Translations under genes and position numbers: made by a program
Source of the DNA: Candidatus Zixiibacteriota bacterium
GTDB taxonomy: Bacteria; Zixibacteria; MSB-5A5; CAIYYT01
Assembly (NCBI GenBank): GCA_040235515.1
Contig: JBECKX010000088.1
Span: 1-21,107 of the forward strand
Direction: 5' to 3'
DNA length: 21,107 bases
Notes under the pieces: model-generated
Seen by the model: only the letters and a program-made list of their open reading frames with translations
Databases searched by the model: none
What the model was told of the DNA's origin: nothing
Shown here: one piece after another, positions 7,408-15,625 of the stretch
How positions within the stretch are numbered: position 1 is the stretch's first letter
Layout: the number at the start of each line of letters is the position of its first letter

Positions 7408-8247
7408 GTGAAAGTTGAACTGCAAGATGCCAAACTTACCCGCAGGGCCGCCTACGCCGGCACCGCCTATCCGGCCGACCCGGTGGAACTCTCTGAGACG
7501 ATTGACAAACTGATCGATCAGTCGCGGCGTCCGCAGTCAACTAAAGGCAATTTGCGGGCACTGATTTCCCCCTCCACCGGGGGGATCTACTCGGACCTCC
7601 CCTGCTTTGCCGGACTAAGAACGTTGCGCGCGAGAAATTTCAAGACCGTGGTTATGCTCACAACCTCCCAGCAAAACTTCTTTGACTTCGCGTCAGTCTA
7701 CAACGGTGGCGCTTACAACACCCCCCTGGGGCGGGTCTTCGTGGACCTGGAACTCGCCCGCAAGTTGAGTGAACTCCACCCGAAGGTAATCATGTCTGAT
7801 ACTGGTCATGAAGGTGGCCCCAGGCAGGAATATGGGATTGAATTGTTGCTGCCGGCGATGCAGCGTCTGCTGGGTGGATTTGCCATCGTACCGATTGTTT
7901 TGGGTAGCGATGACGATGCTACCAGCATCGCCGTAGGCGAAGTGCTCAGCAGTATCGCCGGGGATGAATCCACCCTGATAGTCGGAGCCGTAAATCTGCT
8001 TGAAGCCGAAGAGTTGAACAGCGACCTGCGCAAGCGTCTTGTCGGTTCAATCCTCACGCGCGACCTGAACCGCACCTCGGAGCGAATAAGAGCTGGTCAG
8101 GTGAGCGGTGCGGCGCCCCTCCTGGCGATAATGTATGCCACCTCACGAATAGGCATCACAGATATCATCCTGCCAAAGTCGGATGGCACAGAATGGGATG
8201 ACCAGCTCAGCGACCTGAGCATCCTCTCCGTGGCGTTTCTCAAGTAG
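7408..8247 (+). CDS. amrB: AmmeMemoRadiSam protein B / MEMO1-family homologue, divergent
   Basis: N-terminal RRAAYAGTAYP, TPLGRVFVD, E.GIELLLP.MQ and IVPIVLG. The GTG start at 7408 has SD AGGAG and is preferred over TTG at 7351. Confidence 0.82.
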   Translation: MKVELQDAKLTRRAAYAGTAYPADPVELSETIDKLIDQSRRPQSTKGNLRALISPSTGGIYSDLPCFAGLRTLRARNFKTVVMLTTSQQNFFDFASVYNGGAYNTPLGRVFVDLELARKLSELHPKVIMSDTGHEGGPRQEYGIELLLPAMQRLLGGFAIVPIVLGSDDDATSIAVGEVLSSIAGDESTLIVGAVNLLEAEELNSDLRKRLVGSILTRDLNRTSERIRAGQVSGAAPLLAIMYATSRIGITDIILPKSDGTEWDDQLSDLSILSVAFLK

Positions 8248-8263
8248 CGTCCTGCTGCTGAAC

Positions 8264-9232
8264 CTACCGGCGCAGATCACTTTTTTCAAGCCGTGCACCG
8301 ATCTTCGCGACAATCGCTGCGGCTGTACGCGCGCCCAACATCGATGAAGCGATCGGATCAAATCCGAGGGTAAGGCCGCGCAACACGCCCGCGGCGTAGA
8401 GATCCCCGGCACCCGTGGTGTCAACGACTGTCTCCACCGGCAGTTGTAGGGTAGCTCTGATTATCTCATCGAATGCGACCACCGCGCCATGCTCACCGCG
8501 AGTAAGGAAAACCAGATCGACGGCGCGCGCCAGCTTGGCGGCGGCCTGCTCAGGGTCCCGGTATCCGGTCAGTTCCCGCGCCTCATGCTCGTTGCAGAAC
8601 AGCAGATCTACATACTCGTCGTTGATCCGGCTGAAGTCGTCATGGTATCTCTCCACCAGCCACGGATCACTCGATGAAAGCGCGACTTTGCAGCCACTGC
8701 TCTTCGCTTTCTCCATTGCTTTCAAGGCTGCTTCGCGGGCCGTCTCGGAATCCCACAGGTAGCCTTCGATATAGAGCCATCTGGAATCAGCAACCGCGGC
8801 TTCGTCGATATCATCTTTGGTCAACTGAGTCGCGGCACCAAGGAATGTGAGCATCGAGCGCTCAGCATCCTGCGAGACGAGTGAGAGACACGACCCGGTT
8901 GACGAAACCGGGCTGCTCGTGATGAAATCCACACCTGCGTCATTCAGGTTCTCGCGGTAGAATGCGCCGGGTTCGTCATCCCCCACTTTGCCGGTGTAAC
9001 ACCCCCGACCACCCAGTACCGCAAGACCGACGATCGTATTGGCAGCCGAGCCTCCGCTGGCACGGATCAGGTTCTCATTGGCGGGGAGTTTTACCGATTC
9101 CTGTGGGGGTGAATCCACCAGGCTCATTATTCCCTTCTTTATGTCATTGTCGTTCAGGAAGTCATCGGAGACGAAGGTGAGATAGTCCACCAGCGCGTTC
9201 CCGATAGCATAGACATCGTATTTCTTGGTCAT
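8264..9232 (-). CDS. PfkB-family carbohydrate/nucleoside kinase (adenosine kinase-like)
   Basis: IGNALVD, SGGSAANT, GKVGDD, ERSMLTFLGA, YIEGYLW, FCNEHEA and DTTGAGDLYAAG. Confidence 0.93.
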   Translation of the reverse strand: MTKKYDVYAIGNALVDYLTFVSDDFLNDNDIKKGIMSLVDSPPQESVKLPANENLIRASGGSAANTIVGLAVLGGRGCYTGKVGDDEPGAFYRENLNDAGVDFITSSPVSSTGSCLSLVSQDAERSMLTFLGAATQLTKDDIDEAAVADSRWLYIEGYLWDSETAREAALKAMEKAKSSGCKVALSSSDPWLVERYHDDFSRINDEYVDLLFCNEHEARELTGYRDPEQAAAKLARAVDLVFLTRGEHGAVVAFDEIIRATLQLPVETVVDTTGAGDLYAAGVLRGLTLGFDPIASSMLGARTAAAIVAKIGARLEKSDLRR

Positions 9233-9348
9233 TTTTGTCCCAGTCGTTTCAATTCCGTATCAGGGTAATTTCAACCGCTAATAAAGCTGCCTGTGGGTAG
9301 TTTGCAAGACGTTTCTCTACCACCGTGAACGGCACAGAGTCGTATCTC

Positions 9349-9377
9349 TTGACTTGCCACTGAGTAGTGCGTACCAT
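9349..9377 (+). promoter_or_regulatory. Putative sigma-70 promoter for dprA-yigZ-PAP2
   Basis: TTGACT-17 nt-TACCAT, 50 nt upstream of the ORF. Confidence 0.55.
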
Positions 9378-9427
9378 CTAGTTTCCCGCTGAAGCATCGG
9401 CTGGGCGTTCGTGTTGGCTAAATCGAG

Positions 9428-10330
9428 TTGTTGAGGAAAACAAGCTTGCAGGTAGATTATACAGAGCAGGAAATCGCGACTGTGGCACTCCGTGAATATG
9501 GCGGGGTGGGATCGCGCACATTCCAGATGTTAATCCAGCGCTTCGGGACACCGACAGCGATCCTCGCTGCCGACCTGGGAGAGATTTCGGCTCTGCCGCG
9601 AATGTCGGATGAGAAAGAGGAAAAGATCCTCCGTTCGGGCGACCACGTAGATCTGGTCCGAGAGCGGCTCAATGATTATGCGTCCCGCGACATCGGAGTC
9701 GTGACCATGTTCAGTGAGAAGTACCCGGCTGCTCTAGTCGAGATTCCCGATCCACCCCCCGTGCTCTATTGGCGTGGTCATCTGGAGGTTCTGCGCGGAA
9801 ACTGTGTCGCCATAGTGGGAACGCATGAACCGTCGGCGGAGGCAATCGCCGAGGGGGTACGGCTGGGTGAACTGATCGCCGCGACCGGTGCGGTCGTCAT
9901 CTCGGGGCTCGCGCGCGGGATCGACAGCTCAGCGCACATCGGCAGCCTCAAGGCGGACCGGGGCAAGACTGTCGCCGTGCTCGGCTCCGGTTTCGACGAG
10001 ATCTACCCCGAAGAGAACAGCACACTCGCGGAGAACATCCTCGAGCACGGTCTGCTGCTATCTGAGTTTCCGGCCGAATCCGAGGTCAACTCCGGCCGAC
10101 TGCTTTCCCGTAATCGGATAATTGTCGGCCTGGCGAAATCTACGATTGTCGTGGAAGTTACCTCCGGCAGCGGCGGCACCGCGAGCGCAATTCAGGAAAC
10201 CGTCAGACAGGGTAAAGCTCTTTTCACCTGTTTCAATCCCAATGTCGGCGATTCCACCACCAACAGTATGGGTGCCGTTCAACTGGTCAAAGAGGATGAC
10301 TGGAAAATGGTACTGAAATACATGGTATGA
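9428..10330 (+). CDS. dprA: DNA-processing protein DprA/Smf (start codon uncertain)
   Basis: YPAALVEIPDPPPVLYWRG, VAIVGT, VISGLARGIDSSAH, TVAVLGSG..IYPEEN, LLSEF, RNRIIVGL and IVVE. Confidence 0.93.
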   Translation: MLRKTSLQVDYTEQEIATVALREYGGVGSRTFQMLIQRFGTPTAILAADLGEISALPRMSDEKEEKILRSGDHVDLVRERLNDYASRDIGVVTMFSEKYPAALVEIPDPPPVLYWRGHLEVLRGNCVAIVGTHEPSAEAIAEGVRLGELIAATGAVVISGLARGIDSSAHIGSLKADRGKTVAVLGSGFDEIYPEENSTLAENILEHGLLLSEFPAESEVNSGRLLSRNRIIVGLAKSTIVVEVTSGSGGTASAIQETVRQGKALFTCFNPNVGDSTTNSMGAVQLVKEDDWKMVLKYMV

Positions 10331-10374
10331 TATTGCTGCCCAACCAACGACGGCTCCAATCAAGGTGGTAACCC

Positions 10375-10995
10375 TTGATAGATTCCTACCTGACAATCGC
10401 TACGAATCACTCAGAAGAGATCAAGATCGAAAAATCACGCTTCATCGGCACCGCTGTTCCATGCGGCAACCGCGAGGAGGCGGAAGCGCGCTATGCCGAT
10501 CTCCGCAAACAATATTACGACGCCACACACAACTGCTTCGCGTTCAGGATCGGTCTGGAAAATGATGTAGAGTTTCGCTACTCCGATGATGGCGAGCCTT
10601 CCGGTACGGCGGGTCGACCGATCTTTGATGCAATAGACTCACACACGCTGACAAACCTGATCGTGGTCGTGACTCGTTACTTTGGCGGTGTCAAACTCGG
10701 TACGGGTGGCTTGCTGCGCGCATATAAAGAAGCCGCCGATACCGTGTTGAGAAACGCCCGCAAGGTCGAGCGACTGATCATGCAGAGGTTCCGAATCGAG
10801 CATGATCATGAACACACTGCGATAGTGATGCGCATGCTCTCCGAAAGGAACCTGAAACCGCTTGCAACGGAATATGGCGCCGGCGTCACACTCGAGTCAG
10901 AGATCAGGGCGGGCCAGTTTCAGCTGTTCGCGGATGAAGTGATCGAGCGATCGCACGGTAAAGTCTCAATCAACGCGATTGGAGAACCCAGGTGA
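10375..10995 (+). CDS. yigZ: YigZ/IMPACT family protein
   Basis: KSRFIG, ATHNCFA, SDDGEPSGTAGRP and VVTRYFGGVKLGTGGLLRAY. Confidence 0.95.
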   Translation: MIDSYLTIATNHSEEIKIEKSRFIGTAVPCGNREEAEARYADLRKQYYDATHNCFAFRIGLENDVEFRYSDDGEPSGTAGRPIFDAIDSHTLTNLIVVVTRYFGGVKLGTGGLLRAYKEAADTVLRNARKVERLIMQRFRIEHDHEHTAIVMRMLSERNLKPLATEYGAGVTLESEIRAGQFQLFADEVIERSHGKVSINAIGEPR

Positions 10996-11558
10996 TCGAT
11001 TGGCTGCTGGACCTCGACAAGACATTGTTCCTCCTCCTCAACGTCAAATTGGCAAATCCTCTTTTTGACCTTGTGATGCCTCTGATCACCCACCGCTGGT
11101 CGGTGCGTGGGGTCTTCATCGCGATATTGCTCTATCTGCTAATCTTCGATGGCAAACGGGGCCGCTTTGCTGCAGTTGCCGCCGTTCTCGCCGTGGCGAT
11201 AGCGGATCAGGCGGCGGCCACGATTATCAAGCCCATCGTGAGTCGAATCAGACCCTGCCATCTGATCGAACAGGTCCATATCCTCGTAGATTGTTCGCAA
11301 GGTCTGTCCTTCCCCTCAGCGCATGCAACCAATACCGCAGCGGTTGCCGCTCTCCTCTCACTGATCTATTCAAAAGCCCGGTGGTACTTGATCGGCTACG
11401 CCGCGCTGGTCTCCTTCTCAAGGATCTCCGTCGGAGTGCATTATCCATTCGATGTAATCGGTGGAGCCATTATCGGTGTTGCGGTAGGGATCGCAGTCTA
11501 TCAGTTCTACAAACTTGGCGCCGGGCAGTGGCTCAAGCCTAAGTCAGATCCGCTCTAA
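10992..11558 (+). CDS. PAP2-family membrane phosphatase (undecaprenyl-pyrophosphate phosphatase-like)
   Basis: C1 KPIVSRIRP, C2 SFPSAH and C3 SRISVGVHYPFD. Overlaps yigZ by GTGA. Confidence 0.93.
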   Translation: MIDWLLDLDKTLFLLLNVKLANPLFDLVMPLITHRWSVRGVFIAILLYLLIFDGKRGRFAAVAAVLAVAIADQAAATIIKPIVSRIRPCHLIEQVHILVDCSQGLSFPSAHATNTAAVAALLSLIYSKARWYLIGYAALVSFSRISVGVHYPFDVIGGAIIGVAVGIAVYQFYKLGAGQWLKPKSDPL

Positions 11559-11687
11559 AATCTACCGTGTTTGGCTATCCTCAGCGGAAGCTTTTTCCGA
11601 GTTTGCTGTCGATAGCGCAGTTCTCGACTATCCCCTGTTCACTCTAAGTCATTGTGTTGCAATAGCCAGACTCACTTGCCGTGATTG

Positions 11688-11703
11688 TGGCACCCTCTTT
11701 GCT
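11688..11703 (+). promoter_or_regulatory. Sigma-54 (-24/-12) promoter
   Basis: TGGCAC-CCTCT-TTGCT with exact GG-N10-GC spacing, 38 nt before the wzz-like gene. An IHF-like TAAGTCATTG lies at 11645-11654. Confidence 0.78.
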
Positions 11704-11741
11704 AACATAGAGAGGAGACATGGAAGTCTAACCGGGATAAT

Positions 11742-12803
11742 ATGGAAAAACTGACCGCTCACAATCGTGAAGGAAAGTTGGAAGTCGCCAGGATTCCGCG
11801 ACTTCTGCTCAAACACCTGAAATTGATCGGGATCATTACAGTTGCTGTAAGTCTCACCGCAGCGGTCTGTCTGATTCTGAAATCGAACTACTATATCTCA
11901 AAGGGGACACTTCTCCCAACCGGGGATCAAAAGAGCAGCATGCTCGGTTCACTGGCCGCAGCAGTCCCCGGTCTTGATATGTTGAACCGTGATTCTGAGC
12001 CAACCGCCTCGTCGCAGCTTTTCCCCGACATTCTAAAATCTCGCCTGATCCGCGAGGAGGTGCTGAACACACATCTCCCGGGAGAGCTATCGTCGCGGTT
12101 TAACGCAACCAGCATTGGAACAGTCTTCGGGACTGATTCACCGACTCAGATGAACACCCTGACCGGTATTACAGAAATCGGAAAAGATAAGAACACCGGC
12201 ATCGTTTCGATAGCGGTCGAGTACACAGACCCGCAACTGGCTCGCTTCATCGCCTTGACCTACATCGAGAGGCTTGAGGAATACTGTTCGAGTGAGCGCT
12301 TTGCTCGCCTCAATCAGAACCGCGACTTTATCGCAGGTCGTCTCGAGGAGACTCGGGAGCGGCTCGATCAAGCGGAAGATTCCCTGCTGCAGTTTCGGGA
12401 GCAGAATCTCAATTACTACAACTCGTCCGCGCCGGATTTGCAGCTGGAGCATGAAAGGCTGATCCGGGAAGTTGAACGGATCGGAAAAGTATATGCTGTG
12501 CTCTCAGAGCAGCTGGAGCTTGCAACCCTCGAATCGGAACGAAAGAAACCGGTAGTGGCAGTCCTCGACCAGCCGGCGTTGCCGCTCGTGAAGGCGGGGC
12601 CTGCCAGAGTAAGGACAACCCTCCAGTTCGGCTTTGGCGCCTTTCTGCTCACCTGCTTTGTGATCGTAATGATCGACTACATCAAGCGTCAACTCCCCTC
12701 ATCGGAAGTAGAGGAGATCAATCGCTGGCAGGATAATGTCGAAGATCAGATCAGTGGTCTGCGCCAGCGTCTGAAGTTGATTCGCAGGGAGACTACAACA
12801 TGA
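11742..12803 (+). CDS. Wzz/GumC-like polysaccharide chain-length determinant (co-polymerase)
   Basis: N-terminal TM, ILKSR motif, coiled coil (FIAGRLEETRERLDQAEDSLLQFREQN), proline-rich VLDQPALPLVKAGP and a second TM. No kinase domain. Confidence 0.87.
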   Translation: MEKLTAHNREGKLEVARIPRLLLKHLKLIGIITVAVSLTAAVCLILKSNYYISKGTLLPTGDQKSSMLGSLAAAVPGLDMLNRDSEPTASSQLFPDILKSRLIREEVLNTHLPGELSSRFNATSIGTVFGTDSPTQMNTLTGITEIGKDKNTGIVSIAVEYTDPQLARFIALTYIERLEEYCSSERFARLNQNRDFIAGRLEETRERLDQAEDSLLQFREQNLNYYNSSAPDLQLEHERLIREVERIGKVYAVLSEQLELATLESERKKPVVAVLDQPALPLVKAGPARVRTTLQFGFGAFLLTCFVIVMIDYIKRQLPSSEVEEINRWQDNVEDQISGLRQRLKLIRRETTT

Positions 12804-13567
12804 GAGCAGTAATTCTGGCTGGTGGACTCGGAGCACGGCTCCGCCCCTATACGACAGTCCTGCCGAAGCCGTTGATGCCTGTCGGAAATTTCCCGATCGC
12901 AGAAACGATTATTCGTCAGCTCGCGCACTACGGCGTCACCAGAGTCACCTTTGCGGTCGGTTATCTGCACCAGTTAATCGAAGCATACTTCGGGGATGGC
13001 TCACAATGGGGCATTGAGATTGACTACCTGCTGGAACAGCAACCGCTGGGTACCGCCGGTCCGCTCGCACAACTCGACGGTTTCGACGAACCCCTGATAG
13101 TGCTCAATGGCGATGTGCTGACCGATATCAACTTCGCTGATTTTTACCGCTACCACTGCGATCACGGCGCGGAGATAACTGTAGCGGCCTTCAAGCGCCG
13201 AGTCAATATCGACCTGGGTGTGCTCGAGACTGATCAGAACAACCAGATCGCCAGGTATATCGAGAAGCCGACGTACGATTTTCGCGTCAGCATGGGTATC
13301 TACGCGTTCTCTCCCTCCGTGCTGCCCTTCATTCCGGCCGACACGCGCCTGGATTTCCCCGACCTGGTGCAAACCTTGCTTCAAAGGCAGCACCCCGTCA
13401 AGATCTATCCATTCGATGGTTTGTGGCTTGATATAGGAAGGACCGAGGACTACCTCAACGCCTCGGAGGTCTTCGAAGAAAACCTGTCGCGACTTCTGCC
13501 GGGGAAAAGCGCCCGGCACCATCTTGATTCACAGTCGGAGAAACATCAAGTACTCAACTCAGGTTAA
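12800..13567 (+). CDS. Sugar-phosphate nucleotidyltransferase (NDP-sugar synthase)
   Basis: AVILAGGLGARLRPYT..LPKPLMPVG, EQQPLGTAG, NGDVLTD, EKP and WLDIGR. Overlaps the upstream gene by ATGA. Confidence 0.93.
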   Translation: MRAVILAGGLGARLRPYTTVLPKPLMPVGNFPIAETIIRQLAHYGVTRVTFAVGYLHQLIEAYFGDGSQWGIEIDYLLEQQPLGTAGPLAQLDGFDEPLIVLNGDVLTDINFADFYRYHCDHGAEITVAAFKRRVNIDLGVLETDQNNQIARYIEKPTYDFRVSMGIYAFSPSVLPFIPADTRLDFPDLVQTLLQRQHPVKIYPFDGLWLDIGRTEDYLNASEVFEENLSRLLPGKSARHHLDSQSEKHQVLNSG

Positions 13568-13603
13568 AGCGGGCGTTCGGATGAGCAAACATGGAGGACT
13601 GCA

Positions 13604-15625
13604 ATGATTGAGACAGCTATTTTGCGTAAGTTAGGATTCCGCGTGAAGCGGAAACTCAAGACACTGCAAGCCTTCATCCCGGAACCTCGCATCGATGACC
13701 TCGGCTGGAAACAGCAGATTACTCCCGGCGCCGCGCGGGAAGCGCTGACTCATCTCGACAGAATGCCTCTAATCACGGCGCTCGCCATCGACCGTCGTTT
13801 GCACGCATCCCTGTCGTCGCAGTTCCCCGCAGAGACGACTCTGATTCAAAAACTGGCTCGTCGCGCCGTGAACCACCAATTCGATCTGCTCGGGTCCGGG
13901 CTGAAACACCTCGGTGAAGAAATCGATTGGTGCATCGACTTCAAGAGCGGGAAGCGGTGGCCCCTAAAAGATTATCGGCTGCAGAAAATCGTTGACCTGC
14001 AGGACAACTCAGATGTCAAAGTGCCGTGGGAGCTGTCGCGCTGCAATCACTTCGTCACGATAGCAGTAGCGTTCACCCTGACCCACGATACGCAACTCGC
14101 CCTCGAGTTCGAAAACCAGATTATCTCCTGGCGCGAACAAAACCCATATCAACAAACCGTCAACTGGACCTGCGCGATGGAAACCGCAATCCGCTGCGTC
14201 AATTGGCTTATAGCTTACCAGATCTTTGCGACCCACTTTCACTTCGCGCAAACATTCAAAGATATCCTGACAATCGAGTTGTTTAAGGGCGGTAAATATA
14301 TCCGCGAGAATCTCGAAAAGACAGCAACAGGATTCAACACCAATCACTACCTTTCCGACCTGCTCGGGCTGCTGTACCTCGGTCAACTGTTTGAGAACAC
14401 CGACTCCGGTTCCGAGTGGCTGGCGTTTGCACAGTGCGAGCTTGAGAAAGAAATGCTGGCGCAGGTGGCGATTGATGGGCTCGACTACGAGTCATCTCTT
14501 CCTTACCATGGCCTCGTGACCGAGATCTTCGCGCTTTGCCGACTCCTCGGTGATCAATGCGGTTTTGAGTTCTCGAATAGCTTCAATGAGCGGCTCAAGC
14601 TCATGCTGGTGAACCTCGCACGCTTTACCGGTGGCGATGGCCGGGTGGTGGCGTTTGGTGATGCTGACGATGGTCGCGTGCTGACTTTCGCCGGCAGACA
14701 CCCCAGGGATTTCCGCGACCTGCTCGCTCTCGGGCAGCAACTGTATCACCGCCTCAGACTTGACCGCAAGTATGAAACCGTGGAATCACAGGTACTGGCG
14801 GGGAAGTCAACCGGCCAGGCCGATCATCAACCGCTCAAGTCGGTTTGCCTGACCCAAAGCGGCATCTGCCAGTTGCGCAGTAACTCGCTGGTTGCCAATT
14901 TCTTCGTGAACAAAGTCGGCGCCGGTGGTCTGGGCAATCATAAGCACAACGATCTTCTGAGTCTGACACTCGAATACAACGGAATGCCGCTGCTGGTTGA
15001 TCCGGGCTCATTTGTCTACACCGAGGATGAGAAATGGCGCAACCACTTCCGCTCCACCGAGTCACACTCGACAGTGTTGATCGACTGGGAGGAGCAAAAT
15101 CGCATGGTGAACGGCCTGCTCTTCTTCCTCCGTACCGATGGCACACCGCAGACCTCGCTCTGGGAGAGTTCCGAATCAGCCGATACCGTCACCGCTTCAC
15201 ACGATTGCTACCGGCGCCTGAGTGGAGGCGTGGTTCATGAACGCACGCTCTACCTCGATAAAGAGAGCGAACTGCTGCTGATCCGCGACCGCCTGCTTGG
15301 CAGTGAGAAGCATGACATTCAGTGCCTGTTCCAATTCGCGAATCTCCGAATCGAGTCACTCAACCAGTGGCAGGTCGTGTTTCATCCCGCAAAGGATGAA
15401 GCCGGGGTGCTGTTCATCGATTTGTCGGATGACCCGCAGCTCTTCGTCGATACAAACCTGATCTCGCCATCTTATGGCGTGAAAGAACCGGGCATCAGGA
15501 TCTGCTCGGGCGGCAAGTACGATCTGCCTGTATCAAAGACTTTTGCAATCGTGCCACTGGCCGGCCGCAGCGCCGACGAAGCAACCAGCCTGGCCCGGCA
15601 ACGCATTCAAGATTTGAGATGGTAG
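13604..15625 (+). CDS. Heparinase II/III-like polysaccharide lyase family protein
   Basis: DVKVPWELSR, NHYLSD, DGLDYESSLPYH, FGDADDGR, GNHKHNDLLS, LLVDPG and FRSTESHSTV. SD GGAGG. Confidence 0.9.
   Translation: MIETAILRKLGFRVKRKLKTLQAFIPEPRIDDLGWKQQITPGAAREALTHLDRMPLITALAIDRRLHASLSSQFPAETTLIQKLARRAVNHQFDLLGSGLKHLGEEIDWCIDFKSGKRWPLKDYRLQKIVDLQDNSDVKVPWELSRCNHFVTIAVAFTLTHDTQLALEFENQIISWREQNPYQQTVNWTCAMETAIRCVNWLIAYQIFATHFHFAQTFKDILTIELFKGGKYIRENLEKTATGFNTNHYLSDLLGLLYLGQLFENTDSGSEWLAFAQCELEKEMLAQVAIDGLDYESSLPYHGLVTEIFALCRLLGDQCGFEFSNSFNERLKLMLVNLARFTGGDGRVVAFGDADDGRVLTFAGRHPRDFRDLLALGQQLYHRLRLDRKYETVESQVLAGKSTGQADHQPLKSVCLTQSGICQLRSNSLVANFFVNKVGAGGLGNHKHNDLLSLTLEYNGMPLLVDPGSFVYTEDEKWRNHFRSTESHSTVLIDWEEQNRMVNGLLFFLRTDGTPQTSLWESSESADTVTASHDCYRRLSGGVVHERTLYLDKESELLLIRDRLLGSEKHDIQCLFQFANLRIESLNQWQVVFHPAKDEAGVLFIDLSDDPQLFVDTNLISPSYGVKEPGIRICSGGKYDLPVSKTFAIVPLAGRSADEATSLARQRIQDLRW

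Noticed and set aside
9428..10330. dprA as part of an anti-phage defence pair
   Set aside because: No adjacent PRTase, toxin or other defence gene. The neighbours are housekeeping genes.
13001..13522. 173-aa minus-strand ORF and similar short ORFs nested in the polysaccharide genes
   Set aside because: They are antisense or alternate-frame shadows of clearly identified genes, as expected at this GC content.
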